A DNA stretch of 64,000 nt from Mycobacterium sp. (lineage in GTDB: Bacteria; Actinomycetota; Actinomycetes; Mycobacteriales; Mycobacteriaceae), in the NCBI GenBank assembly GCA_035552295.1, contig DASZLQ010000006.1, positions 3,735-67,734 of the forward strand. Direction: 5' to 3'. The notes beneath the pieces were generated by a model. That model was not told the DNA's origin, did not search any database, and saw nothing but the letters and a program-made list of their open reading frames with translations. The translations under genes and the position numbers were made by a program. Below, one piece after another: positions 9,215 to 19,040 of this stretch. Each line of letters begins with the position of its first letter. The stretch's first letter is position 1.

Positions 9215-10669
9215 ATGGCCATGGGATGGATCTTCGCGCCCGAATACTGGCTGGGCAGACTGGTGCTCGAGCGCGGCGTCGCGGCCATCTACCTGATCGC
9301 GTTCCTCGCGGCCGCCATGCAGTTCCGCGCACTCATCGGCGAGCACGGAATCCTGCCGGTGCCCCGGTTTTTGGCCGGGCGCACTTTCTGGCGAACACCG
9401 AGCATCTTCCATCTCCGCTACTCGGATCGGTTGTTCGCGGGCGTCTCGTGGTTTGGTGCGGCACTGTCGGCGGCCATCGTCGCCGGCGCGGGCGACCTGG
9501 TGCCGCTGTGGGTGGCAATGCTGATGTGGCTGACGCTGTGGGTGCTCTACCTGTCGATCGTCAACGTCGGGCAAGCGTGGTACTCGTTCGGCTGGGAATC
9601 GCTGCTGCTGGAGACCGGGTTCCTGGCGATCTTTCTCGGCAACGACCGCGTCGCGCCCCCGATCCTGACGTTGTGGATGGCGCGTTTGCTGCTATTCCGG
9701 GTCGAGTTCGGTGCCGGGCTGATCAAGATGCGCGGCGATTCGTGCTGGCGCGATCTGACCTGTCTGGACTACCACCACGAAACCCAGCCGATGCCGGGGC
9801 CGTTGAGCTGGTTCTTCCATCACCTGCCCAAGCCGCTGCACCGGATCGAGGTGGCAGGCAACCATTTCGCCCAGCTTGTGGTTCCGTTCGGGTTGTTCGC
9901 GCCACAGCCGGTGGCCAGCGTCGCCGCGGCGATCGTCGTGGTCACCCAGCTGTGGTTGGTGGCATCGGGCAACTTCGCGTGGCTCAATTGGGTGACGATC
10001 ATCCTGGCGTTCAGCGCCATCGACGACTCGGCGGCGGCGACGGTGCTTTCGATACCCGCGCATCCGGCGCTGTCCACAGCACCGCAGTGGTTCGCCGGCC
10101 TGGTGGTTGCCTTCACGGTGGCAGTGCTGTTCATGAGCTACTGGCCGGTGCGCAACATGCTGTCGTCGCATCAGCGAATGAATATGTCGTTCAACTCATT
10201 CCACTTGGTGAACACCTACGGAGCCTTCGGCAGCATCGGCCGCGTCCGGCGCGAGGTGGTGATCGAAGGCACCGATGAACCGCAGCTCACCCAACAGACG
10301 GTGTGGAAAGAATACGATTTCAAGGGAAAGCCCGGTGCTGTGCGCCGTTTACCGCGCCAATGGGCCCCCTACCATCTGCGACTGGACTGGCTGATGTGGT
10401 TCGCCGCAATCTCGCCGGGTTACGCGCAACAGTGGCTGACGCCGTTCCTGCAGCGGCTTCTGCGCAACGACCCATTCGCGTTGCGTCTGTTGCGGCACAA
10501 CCCTTTCCCGGAGTCACCGCCCCGCTATGTACGCGCGCAGCTCTACCGGTACCGCTTCACCACTTTGGCCGAGCTGCGCCGCGACCGGGCATGGTGGCAT
10601 CGCACCCTGGTGGGTAGGTACGTGCCGCCGATGACGCTGCCGAAAGTGACGTCACAGCGCAACGACTGA
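9215..10669 (+). CDS. Lipase maturation factor (LMF) family membrane protein (Rv0235c-like)
   Basis: FGWESLLLE, HHETQPMP, PYHLRLDWLMWFAA motifs. Confidence 0.9.
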   Translation: MAMGWIFAPEYWLGRLVLERGVAAIYLIAFLAAAMQFRALIGEHGILPVPRFLAGRTFWRTPSIFHLRYSDRLFAGVSWFGAALSAAIVAGAGDLVPLWVAMLMWLTLWVLYLSIVNVGQAWYSFGWESLLLETGFLAIFLGNDRVAPPILTLWMARLLLFRVEFGAGLIKMRGDSCWRDLTCLDYHHETQPMPGPLSWFFHHLPKPLHRIEVAGNHFAQLVVPFGLFAPQPVASVAAAIVVVTQLWLVASGNFAWLNWVTIILAFSAIDDSAAATVLSIPAHPALSTAPQWFAGLVVAFTVAVLFMSYWPVRNMLSSHQRMNMSFNSFHLVNTYGAFGSIGRVRREVVIEGTDEPQLTQQTVWKEYDFKGKPGAVRRLPRQWAPYHLRLDWLMWFAAISPGYAQQWLTPFLQRLLRNDPFALRLLRHNPFPESPPRYVRAQLYRYRFTTLAELRRDRAWWHRTLVGRYVPPMTLPKVTSQRND

Positions 10670-10679
10670 GCGGTGGATT

Positions 10680-12326
10680 TTAAAGCGTCTCGTCCAGCTC
10701 GCCGAGCCGGTCGGTCAACCGCAGGTTCTCCGAGTAGTCGACTGGGCAGTTAATCAGCGACACGCCGTCGTCGTCGAGGGCAGCCTTCAGCGTCGGCAAC
10801 AGTTCATCGGCGCTGTTGATCTGATATCCCTTGGCGCCGAAGCTTTCCGCGTAGGTGACGATGTCGGGGTTGGTAAACCTCACGTAGTAATGCTCACCGA
10901 GTTCGAGATCCATCTTCCATTCGATGAGGCCGTAACCGCCGTCCTCCCAAATCAAAACCACCAGCGGTATCCGCTCCCGAACGGCGGTCTCGATTTCCTG
11001 CGAGCTCATCATGAACGCGCCGTCGCCCACGACGGCCAGTACCTTGGACTCGGGCCGCGCCAGCTTGACGCCCAGCGCACCGGGCAGCGCAAAACTCATG
11101 GTGGACAAGCCGTTTGAGACCAAGCACGTGTTCGGCTCGAACGTCGGGTAGAGCCGCGCCATCCACATCTTCGTTGCGCCGGTGTCGACCAGGACGACGT
11201 CGCTGCGGCCCAGTGCGGCACGGGTATCAGCGACCAACCGCTGGGGTGCCAGCGGATAGCGCGAATCCTGTTGTCCTCGAGCGAATTCCTCGGCAAGCAG
11301 GCCGGAACCGGGTATCTCCGGGTCGGCGTCGAAGCGGTGTCCGCCGAGCGCCTCCCTCAGCGCGTCGAGCGAAGCGCTGATGTCGCCGATGATCCCGACG
11401 TCGACGGGATAGTGCATGTCGACCTCGGCCGGAAAACGATGAATGTGGATGATCTTTTTGTCGGACTGCGGGTTGATCCGGACCGGGTCGAATTCCTGCA
11501 GCTCGTAGCCGACCGCGATGACGACATCGGCGTTGTCGAACCCGAAGTTGACGTAGTCATGCCGCATGAACCCAAGAGTCCCAATGCTGTTCGGGTGATC
11601 GTCGGGTATGACGCCCTTGCCATGGAAGGTATTGGCGACCGGGATGCCGAACTCCTCGGAGAACCGCACGAGGGCGGCGGTCGCGTCACCGCGGGCGGCG
11701 CCGTGCCCGGCGAGCACCACCGGTCGCTTGGCCTCACGCAGAATGTCCACCGCGCGCGCCACCTGCCGGGAGGCCGGCGCCTCGGCGCGGACGACGTTGC
11801 GCGGCAACGGTGTCAGGTCGTAGTCGGTGTCGTCGGCGTCGATGTGCTCGGGCACGGCCAGATAGACCGCGGCCGGGCGTTCGGCCTCGGCGACCTTGAA
11901 TGCTTTGCGGAACATCTCCGGTATGGCATGCGCCGTCGGGATACCGGCGGCCCACCGGGTGATCGGGGCGAACATCGACACGAGGTCGACGTACTGGTGC
12001 GACTCTTTGAACTGGCGATCCTGACCCACCTGCGCGGAGATCGCGACCATCGGTGTGCTGTTGGTGGTGGCGTCGGCGACGCCGAGCTGCATATTGATCG
12101 CACCCGGGCCCAAGGTGGCCGACACCACCGCCGCCCGGCCGGTGACGCGCCCGTACATCTCCGCCATGAACGAAGCCGCTTGCTCGTGCCGGGTCAGCAC
12201 ATAGCGGATGCTCGAGGCGGCCAGCGCCTGCACGAAGCGGATGTTCTCCTCCCCGGGTAGCCCGAAGACCACGGCAACACCCTCGTTCTCCAGGCACTTG
12301 ACCATCAGCTCAGCGGCCTTACTCAT
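10680..12326 (-). CDS. ThDP-dependent acetolactate-synthase-like enzyme, candidate 2-oxoglutarate decarboxylase
   Basis: FGLPGEEN, RHEQ, GDGAF ThDP motif; GGAGG RBS before ATG 12326. Confidence 0.85.
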   Translation of the reverse strand: MSKAAELMVKCLENEGVAVVFGLPGEENIRFVQALAASSIRYVLTRHEQAASFMAEMYGRVTGRAAVVSATLGPGAINMQLGVADATTNSTPMVAISAQVGQDRQFKESHQYVDLVSMFAPITRWAAGIPTAHAIPEMFRKAFKVAEAERPAAVYLAVPEHIDADDTDYDLTPLPRNVVRAEAPASRQVARAVDILREAKRPVVLAGHGAARGDATAALVRFSEEFGIPVANTFHGKGVIPDDHPNSIGTLGFMRHDYVNFGFDNADVVIAVGYELQEFDPVRINPQSDKKIIHIHRFPAEVDMHYPVDVGIIGDISASLDALREALGGHRFDADPEIPGSGLLAEEFARGQQDSRYPLAPQRLVADTRAALGRSDVVLVDTGATKMWMARLYPTFEPNTCLVSNGLSTMSFALPGALGVKLARPESKVLAVVGDGAFMMSSQEIETAVRERIPLVVLIWEDGGYGLIEWKMDLELGEHYYVRFTNPDIVTYAESFGAKGYQINSADELLPTLKAALDDDGVSLINCPVDYSENLRLTDRLGELDETL

Positions 12327-12406
12327 CCGGCACCTCCCTCTGGCCACGATAGTGGCAGGCTGGATGCCGGACGTTTTACAAACCATCGCAACCGAAGGAT
12401 GCCAAC

Positions 12407-13783
12407 GTGCCCATCGCCACGATCAACCCGGCCACCGGCGAGACAGTCCAGACCTTCACCCCGGCAACCGACGACGAAGTCCAGGCCGTGATAGCGCGAG
12501 CCCACCAGCGTTTCCTCGACTACCGCCACTCCACCACCTTCGCCCAGCGCGCCGAGTGGGCGAACGCCACCGCCGACCTGCTGGAGGCCGAGGCTGAGAA
12601 GACCGCGGCCATGATGACCCTCGAGATGGGCAAGACGCTGGCCGCAGCGAAGGCCGAAGCAATCAAATGCGCCAAGGGTTTTCGCTACTACGCCGAGAAC
12701 GCCGAGAAGCTGCTGGCCGACGAGCCGGCCGACGCGTCCAAGGTCGGCGCGAAAAAGGCCTACACCCGCTACCAGCCGCTCGGGGTGGTGCTGGCCGTGA
12801 TGCCGTGGAACTTCCCGCTCTGGCAGGCCGTTCGCTTCGCCGCGCCGGCGCTGATGGCCGGCAACGTCGGCATCCTCAAGCATGCGTCGAACGTCCCGCA
12901 GTGCGCGCTGTATCTCGCCGACGTCATCGCCCGGGGCGGCTTCCCGGAGGGCTGCTTCCAGACACTGCTGGTTCCGTCGAGCGCCGTGGAGTCCATCCTG
13001 CGCGATCCCCGCGTCGCGGCGGCAACGCTCACCGGCAGCGAACCGGCCGGCCAGTCCGTCGGCGCCATCGCCGGCGACGAGATCAAACCCACCGTGCTCG
13101 AGCTCGGCGGCAGCGACCCGTTCATCGTGATGCCGTCGGCAAACCTGGACGAGGCGGTCAAGACCGCGGTCACCGCCCGAGTCCAGAACAACGGGCAGTC
13201 TTGTATCGCCGCCAAGCGGTTCATCGCCCACGCCGACATTTACGACGCGTTCGTCGACAAGTTCGTCGAGCGGATGGCCGCGTTGCGGGTCGGCGATCCG
13301 ACCGACCCGGACACCGACGTGGGTCCGCTGGCCACCGAGTCCGGCCGCGACGAGGTCGAAAAGCAGGTCGACGATGCCGCCGCGGCCGGCGCGGTGATCC
13401 GTTGCGGCGGCAAGCGCCCCGACCGGCCCGGCTGGTATTACCCGCCGACGGTGGTCACCGACATCACCAAGGACATGGTGCTCTACACCGAGGAAGTGTT
13501 CGGCCCGGTCGCCTCGGTCTACCGCGTCGACGACATCGACGAAGCCATCGAGATCGCCAACGGCACGACCTTCGGACTGGGGTCCAATGCCTGGACCAAT
13601 GACGAGGCCGAACAACAGCGCTTCATCGACGGCATCGAGGCGGGCGGGGTTTTCATCAACGGGATGACGGTCTCGTACCCCGAGCTGCCGTTCGGCGGCG
13701 TCAAGCGGTCAGGCTACGGTCGCGAGCTTTCGGGTCTCGGGATCCGCGAGTTCTGCAACGCCAAGACGGTCTGGGTCGGCTAG
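12407..13783 (+). CDS. gabD1: NADP-dependent succinate-semialdehyde dehydrogenase
   Basis: ALDH motifs MPWNFP, LELGGSDP, NGQSC, EEVFGP; synteny with Rv0234c. Confidence 0.92.
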   Translation: MPIATINPATGETVQTFTPATDDEVQAVIARAHQRFLDYRHSTTFAQRAEWANATADLLEAEAEKTAAMMTLEMGKTLAAAKAEAIKCAKGFRYYAENAEKLLADEPADASKVGAKKAYTRYQPLGVVLAVMPWNFPLWQAVRFAAPALMAGNVGILKHASNVPQCALYLADVIARGGFPEGCFQTLLVPSSAVESILRDPRVAAATLTGSEPAGQSVGAIAGDEIKPTVLELGGSDPFIVMPSANLDEAVKTAVTARVQNNGQSCIAAKRFIAHADIYDAFVDKFVERMAALRVGDPTDPDTDVGPLATESGRDEVEKQVDDAAAAGAVIRCGGKRPDRPGWYYPPTVVTDITKDMVLYTEEVFGPVASVYRVDDIDEAIEIANGTTFGLGSNAWTNDEAEQQRFIDGIEAGGVFINGMTVSYPELPFGGVKRSGYGRELSGLGIREFCNAKTVWVG

Positions 13784-13812
13784 ACGGCCCGCCGCCATCG
13801 GAGCCGGCGCGC

Positions 13813-13859
13813 GTGGGCCTATGGACGAATTCAAGGCGATTCCCGTACTTAGGGCCCAC
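13813..13859. terminator. Imperfect hairpin between convergent gabD1 and nrdB
   Basis: GTGGGCC...GGCCCAC outer arms with partial inner pairing. Confidence 0.4.
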
Positions 13860-13871
13860 CCACTCGGCGGC

Positions 13872-14810
13872 TCAGGATACGGCCGCCAGCGCCTTCTCGT
13901 CCTCGTCGGCGAACGTGTCCTCCAGCTGCACCGGCGAGTAGTCGAGGTCGATCTCGCTGACCGGCCGCCCGCGTGCGCTGTTGATCGTGCCGAACCGCCG
14001 CATCCCCTTGTCGGCGGCGTACTGCATGAACTCGTCCACCGAAAGACCGAAGGGCATCGGGTCGTAAAGGGCGAAGCCTTCTTCGATGAGGCGCAGCCCG
14101 AGCGGCATGAGCTCGTTCATGCGCGTTTCGAAGACCTCCCAATTGGCGTCGTCGGCGGCGACGTGGCGCCGGCAGGTGAAGGTGCCCCACGCCATGTGGC
14201 GCCGCTCGTCGTCGCCGATGCGCCGGATCAGCTCCTGCATGCCGGGAAGGATGCCGCGTTCCACGCAGATCTTGTGCCAGCCGAAGTAGCCGGTCAGCGC
14301 CAACATGCCTTCGACCATGTGGTTATAGGTGACGGACGCCCGGACCTGGGCGGCCGGCGACGGATCAGTTGACAAGGCGTTGAGGCAGGCCGGCAACTCC
14401 TCGTAGAAAATCGTGCGGTAGGTGGGGATGTCGTCCAGATAGCAGTGCAGGTCGTCGGTGATGCCGACGGCGTCAAGCCACATCCGGAACACCTGCACGT
14501 GCTTGGCTTCCTCGAATGCGAACTGCGTCAAATACATCTCGTCGCCCAGCCGGCCTTCGGCGCGCATCGCTGCCATGAACGGCTGAATGTCCTCGGTCAC
14601 CGCTTCCTCCCCGGCGATGAACTCGGCACACAGGCGGGTGGCGTAGTGCCGTTCGTCGTCGGTGAGCCGTTCCCAGTCCGCGCGGTCGCGGGAGAAGTCG
14701 ATGTCGGCCGGATTCCAGAACTTCGCGTTGCCGCCGGCGAACAGCTTGAGAGGCAAGCTGTCCCAGTTGAGTCCGCCCCTAACCATGGAACCTGAACTCG
14801 TGCGTGTCAT
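13872..14810 (-). CDS. nrdB: R2-like ligand-binding oxidase (Mn/Fe R2lox, Rv0233-like)
   Basis: Ferritin-like ligands GEEAV, EEAKH, VEG, DERRH; WNPADIDF; synteny. Confidence 0.9.
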   Translation of the reverse strand: MTRTSSGSMVRGGLNWDSLPLKLFAGGNAKFWNPADIDFSRDRADWERLTDDERHYATRLCAEFIAGEEAVTEDIQPFMAAMRAEGRLGDEMYLTQFAFEEAKHVQVFRMWLDAVGITDDLHCYLDDIPTYRTIFYEELPACLNALSTDPSPAAQVRASVTYNHMVEGMLALTGYFGWHKICVERGILPGMQELIRRIGDDERRHMAWGTFTCRRHVAADDANWEVFETRMNELMPLGLRLIEEGFALYDPMPFGLSVDEFMQYAADKGMRRFGTINSARGRPVSEIDLDYSPVQLEDTFADEDEKALAAVS

Positions 14811-14820
14811 GGTGACCTCC

Positions 14821-15510
14821 TCAGATCATTTCGGGGCTGGATTGATGGCGAGGTTCGGCAGTTTCACCCAAGTTCGAGAACGCGGCCGCCAGCGCGGCGA
14901 CAAGCCGGCGCACGGCCAGGGCCGGCTGCTCCGGTGTGGGCTCGTCGAGCCCGAGGATGGGATCCAGGCCGCGCATGTAGGGAGCCAACGCAAGGTGCGG
15001 AAAGACCAACAACAGCAGCGACAACAACACGTCGGTGTCGGCATCCGGCCGTAGGTCACCCCGGATCTGCGCGGCATGCACCAGCGGCCGCAGCACTTCC
15101 AGATAATGACGGTGAATGACGTTGCGCACGCTGATGCGGGCGTCGGTATCGACCTCCAGGGTCGCCGCAGCGTGCAGGGCGCGTTCCCGTGGATGTTCGG
15201 CGTAATAGGCGACCCAGCCGTCGAGCAGGTCGGTGAGAAAGTCAAAGAACGGGCGGTTCGGGTCGAGCTCGCGGATGAGGTCTTCCATATAGGAGCGCAC
15301 CCGCTGGCTGCCGATGTCGGCGATGAACGCGTAGAGATCGCGCTTGTCCGCGAAGTACTGGAAGAGACTGCCCTTGGCGACTCCGGCTCGGCGGGCAATG
15401 ACGTTCAGGCTGCCCCGGGAGAATCCGTGCGCTCCGAACTCGGCTTCTGCGGCTTCGATGACGGCTGCGCGACGAGCCGGGTCGACACGTGCCCAAGTCA
15501 CCGTCGGCAA
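14821..15510 (-). CDS. TetR-family regulator (Rv0232-like)
   Basis: [22 protein letters not shown]; GGAGG RBS before TTG. Confidence 0.9.
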   Translation of the reverse strand: MPTVTWARVDPARRAAVIEAAEAEFGAHGFSRGSLNVIARRAGVAKGSLFQYFADKRDLYAFIADIGSQRVRSYMEDLIRELDPNRPFFDFLTDLLDGWVAYYAEHPRERALHAAATLEVDTDARISVRNVIHRHYLEVLRPLVHAAQIRGDLRPDADTDVLLSLLLLVFPHLALAPYMRGLDPILGLDEPTPEQPALAVRRLVAALAAAFSNLGETAEPRHQSSPEMI

Positions 15511-15529
15511 TGTGGCCTCCTAGCGGTCG

Positions 15530-15544
15530 ATGACCACTGGTCAT
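15530..15544. promoter_or_regulatory. Candidate autoregulatory TetR operator ATGACCA-C-TGGTCAT
   Basis: Perfect 7-bp inverted repeat upstream of the TetR RBS. Confidence 0.6.
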
Positions 15545-15549
15545 TCTAC

Positions 15550-15565
15550 GGTGAGCCACGTCACA
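15550..15565. promoter_or_regulatory. Candidate CRP site GGTGA-N6-TCACA
   Basis: 9/10 match to TGTGA-N6-TCACA in the promoter region. Confidence 0.5.
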
Positions 15566-15719
15566 GTCAAGGGCTCGCGGGCCGATGTGGAGGTGCAACG
15601 AAGATTAGCAAGCGATAAGTGATTGTTTTAACAAGGTTGATCGCTGCGGGATTTCGAGGCAGCTCGCGGGTCACGGGCGTTTGAGGCCGTGGCTGAGTGC
15701 TTGTGACATCTCACTCCGG

Positions 15720-16547
15720 TCAGCGGGCCTGGGTATTGGCTTGCTGGGCCGCCAGGCTCTCTGCGGCGCGGCCGAGCATGCGGCCGTTCATCTTGACTGA
15801 GAGCCTGCGCGGGGTCAGGCGGGCCACCGCGCGCAGACGCCGGTCGGGCACGATCGTGGCGTGGCCGGCCCGCAACGCACGGATCGTCTGGCGGATTGCG
15901 CTGCCCACCGGCAACGGCGACAGCGGAAGACGGTCTCGGTCTAGTCCCAAAGCGTCGATGACCGGCGTATCGACGTTGCCGGGCATCATGACGGTGACCC
16001 GTATCCCGGCTGGTCGCAGTTCGTGGTTCAGCGCCTCGCCGAGATTGAGCACATAGGCCTTCGCCGCGCTGTCGTGGGCCATGTTCGGCAATCCATGGGC
16101 GGCGCCGAGTGCCGACACCAGCACCATGGCGCCGCCACCGCGCCGGACGAACCGGCGGCCGAAGCCATGGGCGAGTTCGAGATGGGTGGTGGCGTTGAGG
16201 GTCAGACGGCGATGGAGGTCTGCGAGGTCCTGATCCAGGAAGCGGCCCGGGCAGGCGGCGCCCGCGTTGGAGATCAGCAGACCGACATCGAGATCTTCTG
16301 TTGTGGCAATGAGATCTGCTGCGCCGCCGGGGTGAGTGAGATCGACGGTGACAACGCGGTACGCGATGTCGCGGCTAGCGCTGAGAGTGCGGCCCAGCTC
16401 CTGGAGCCGCTCGGTGGACCGGGCGGCCAACACAATGTTGAGTCCGTCGGAGGCGCAGCGTTCGGCGAAGGCGCGACCGATCCCCGATGAGGCGCCGGTG
16501 ATGACAGCCCACGGCCCGTAGCCGGAGAGATCGGCCACGGCTGTCAC
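15720..16547 (-). CDS. Short-chain dehydrogenase with atypical catalytic motif (DxxxK)
   Basis: TGASSGIG, SNAG; HDSAAK where YxxxK is expected. Confidence 0.85.
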   Translation of the reverse strand: MTAVADLSGYGPWAVITGASSGIGRAFAERCASDGLNIVLAARSTERLQELGRTLSASRDIAYRVVTVDLTHPGGAADLIATTEDLDVGLLISNAGAACPGRFLDQDLADLHRRLTLNATTHLELAHGFGRRFVRRGGGAMVLVSALGAAHGLPNMAHDSAAKAYVLNLGEALNHELRPAGIRVTVMMPGNVDTPVIDALGLDRDRLPLSPLPVGSAIRQTIRALRAGHATIVPDRRLRAVARLTPRRLSVKMNGRMLGRAAESLAAQQANTQAR

Positions 16548-17032
16548 CGCCCCGCCCGTGAACCGTTACCAACATCGGTGAGGTTGTGCATCTCGATTCT
16601 CCTTGGATGCGGTGCTTGTGCCGTTGTGGGGAAGGTAGTGCCGGTAGGCCCCATGGCGGCGACATAGATGGGGAACGGAGCACCGCCGGCTACCACCGGT
16701 GACAGGGGCGGGTGCCCGGTCAGTTCCTGGCCGTCGAAGTCGACATCGCCGCCCTCACTGATCGCGCGCAGCACAGTCAGGTATTCGTGCAGTCGCGCGA
16801 TCTCGTTGCCGGCCGGTATTCCAAATGCGCGCTGTTCCAACTGGTTTCCACCGAGCCCGATACCGAGGCTGAATTGACCATGCACCACGGCCCGCGCGGT
16901 CTGGGCTGCGATCGACGCGAAGCTTTGGGCGGCGCCGTCGTCGGCGGTGCGATTCAGGGCCTGGGCCCAGAAGTTCGCGAGTCGGGCGGCGTCAACGGCG
17001 TCGACACTGATTCCCAGTACCGAGATGCTCAT
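16544..17032 (-). pseudogene. Chimeric remnant: glyoxalase/VOC N-terminus fused to an internal LLM (F420-type) oxidoreductase fragment
   Basis: ISVDAVDAARLANFWAQAL followed by GQFSLGIGLG...LHEYLTVLR...PIYVAAMGP; neither domain is complete. Confidence 0.75.
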
Positions 17033-17136
17033 ATGCGATCGCTCCGTTCGAGGCTGGAGATGGGTTTCTTGAACATGGGGATAGTCCTTGCCGTGGTTGG
17101 GGTTCGGCGACTGTGCTTTCGGGCCGTGGCAGCGGC

Positions 17137-17880
17137 TCATCGCCTGCCGCCGTCGATGGCCACGTCGGTACCGGTGATGTAGGACGCTCGGGGGGACGCC
17201 AGGAAGCCGATGAGGTCGGCGACCTCCTGCGGTTCACCAGCGCGGCGCAGCACGGTGGTCTCACCGACTGCATCGAAGAGTTCCCGTTCGGCTGCGTTGG
17301 TGTAGACCGGCCCCGGCGAGATGGAGTTGACGCGGACACCGGCGGGCCCGTACTCGGCCGCCCAGGAGCGGGCGAGCGAGGCCAGGGCGGCTTTGGTGGC
17401 GCCGTAGGCGGCGGTTGTGGGCTGACCGACAGCGCCGGCCCGGCTGGCCACGTTGATGATCACGCCGTATCCGCGGGCCACCATCTTCGGCGCTAGTACC
17501 GACACCAGCAGGTAGGGGGCTTGCACGTTGGCCGCGAACAACTCATCCAGGGTGTTGGCGGCCAGCTTTTCCGTCGGGCCGAACCAGGCGAATCCCGCGT
17601 TGTTGACCAGGATGTCGACGTCGCCGCCTTCGGTGGCCAGTCGTAGCGCCTCTGCGGGTTGGCTCAGGTCGGCGCCCACGAATCGGGCTGAACCTCCGGC
17701 ACTTTCGATCTCTTTGACCACTGCCGCGCCGCGTCCGACGTCGCGGCCGTGGATGATCACCGTGGCCCCTTGCGCGGCCAGTTGCAGCGCGGCGGCCTGA
17801 CCGATCCCCGACGTCGCGCCGGTGACCAGCGCAACTTTGTCTTTCAGATCCCGGCCGTTAGTGGCGCTTGTCATGCTCAC
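17137..17880 (-). CDS. Classical short-chain dehydrogenase/reductase
   Basis: TGATSGIG, NNAG, YGATK, VNSISPG. Confidence 0.92.
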   Translation of the reverse strand: MSMTSATNGRDLKDKVALVTGATSGIGQAAALQLAAQGATVIIHGRDVGRGAAVVKEIESAGGSARFVGADLSQPAEALRLATEGGDVDILVNNAGFAWFGPTEKLAANTLDELFAANVQAPYLLVSVLAPKMVARGYGVIINVASRAGAVGQPTTAAYGATKAALASLARSWAAEYGPAGVRVNSISPGPVYTNAAERELFDAVGETTVLRRAGEPQEVADLIGFLASPRASYITGTDVAIDGGRR

Positions 17881-17890
17881 TCCTCAACTC

Positions 17891-17909
17891 TTTGTACTGA
17901 TCTGTCTAA
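17891..17909. promoter_or_regulatory. Candidate TetR operator TTTGTACTGATCTGTCTAA
   Basis: Closely resembles the sites at 20891-20910 and 21005-21030; next to the SDR RBS. Confidence 0.6.
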
Positions 17910-18016
17910 TCCCCTCTGCTCAGCGCAAGCCTGTCGCCGACTATTCCGACCTCGCCGGCACAACCGGAACGTCTTCCCGCGTGCTCGGCGGCCCGCCGAC
18001 AGTTCGGTCACATCGC

Positions 18017-19027
18017 TCAATCACCTTGCGCTGCAGGGATTACCGTGGTGCGTGCCGCAGCGTAGAAGGCCTCCAGTTCGCCGGGGATGTCCGGGCCAGT
18101 GGGCTGGTAGATGATCTCGGTGATGTTTTGCGCGGCCAGTTCTCTGAATCGGCGGCCGACGTCGTCCGCGGTGCCGGTCAGAGTGGTCGCGGTGACACCC
18201 TTCCAGCTGCCGGCCGCCCAGGCGGCGGTGTCGGCGCGGTTGAGCGCGATGAGGTGCTGGTCATGCACAGCGAAGTGGCGATCCTGCGGTGGGGTCGCGT
18301 TGATCGTGTCAAGCCACACGTCGCCGGCCGGAAGGGCGGTGACGTCGCCGCCGAATTCGTAGGCGGCGTGGTAGGCCAGTGCGTTTCCCGGCCCCGCAGC
18401 CGCCTGCACCCGCGGCGAGTCTAGGGATTCACCGTCGGCCAGGACGGTGCCGTGTACGCCAAGCGCGGCCCAATCGAACCGCGCCGCGAAGGCCGTCTGG
18501 CCGTTGACGGTGAACAGTCCGTCGGCCAGCTCCGTGGCGACGGCGAGCCCCTTGGGACCCAGCGCCGAGATCAGGATCGGCACGTCGATGGGGCGCTCGG
18601 GTGCATGCCCGTCGGGGTGCATCATCCGCACCCGAGCGCCCTGCCAGAGGACGGTCGCGCCCGCGAGCAGAGCGCGGAACGCGGCCACATAGTCGCGCAG
18701 ATGTGACCATGTGGTCGGTGCGGCGCCCAGCGCGCGGGCGCCAGCGAAGCCGGTGCCAAACGCGACCGCGACCCGGCCCGGTGCCAGCGCCTCCAGTGCC
18801 GCGGTGGCTGAGGCGTTCACCATCGGGTGGCGCAGGCTGGGCACGAGCACACCCGGGCCCAAGCCGATCCTGGTGGTGCGTTCGGCCGCCAGCGCCAGCA
18901 TCATCCAAACATCGGGGCTTTCGTGCGGTGTGTCGAACAACCACGCCCGGTCGTAGCCGAGTTGTTCGGCGGCCACAACGTGCTCAGCCGAGCTCAACGA
19001 GGTCGCAAACTGGGCCGAGATCTTCAT
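18017..19027 (-). CDS. Luciferase-like (LLM) flavin/F420-dependent oxidoreductase
   Basis: AEQLGYDRAW, TTRIGLGPGV, PILISALGPK, ELADG; start taken at MKISAQF. Confidence 0.88.
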   Translation of the reverse strand: MKISAQFATSLSSAEHVVAAEQLGYDRAWLFDTPHESPDVWMMLALAAERTTRIGLGPGVLVPSLRHPMVNASATAALEALAPGRVAVAFGTGFAGARALGAAPTTWSHLRDYVAAFRALLAGATVLWQGARVRMMHPDGHAPERPIDVPILISALGPKGLAVATELADGLFTVNGQTAFAARFDWAALGVHGTVLADGESLDSPRVQAAAGPGNALAYHAAYEFGGDVTALPAGDVWLDTINATPPQDRHFAVHDQHLIALNRADTAAWAAGSWKGVTATTLTGTADDVGRRFRELAAQNITEIIYQPTGPDIPGELEAFYAAARTTVIPAAQGD

Positions 19028-19040
19028 CGCCGGCACCCGA

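Noticed and set aside
13872-14810. Ribonucleotide reductase beta subunit
   Set aside because: Sequence and context fit R2lox; there is no alpha subunit or nrdI/nrdH nearby
15702-15714. TGTGA-CATC-TCAC as a CRP site
   Set aside because: Spacer is 4 nt rather than 6, and it lies downstream of a gene end
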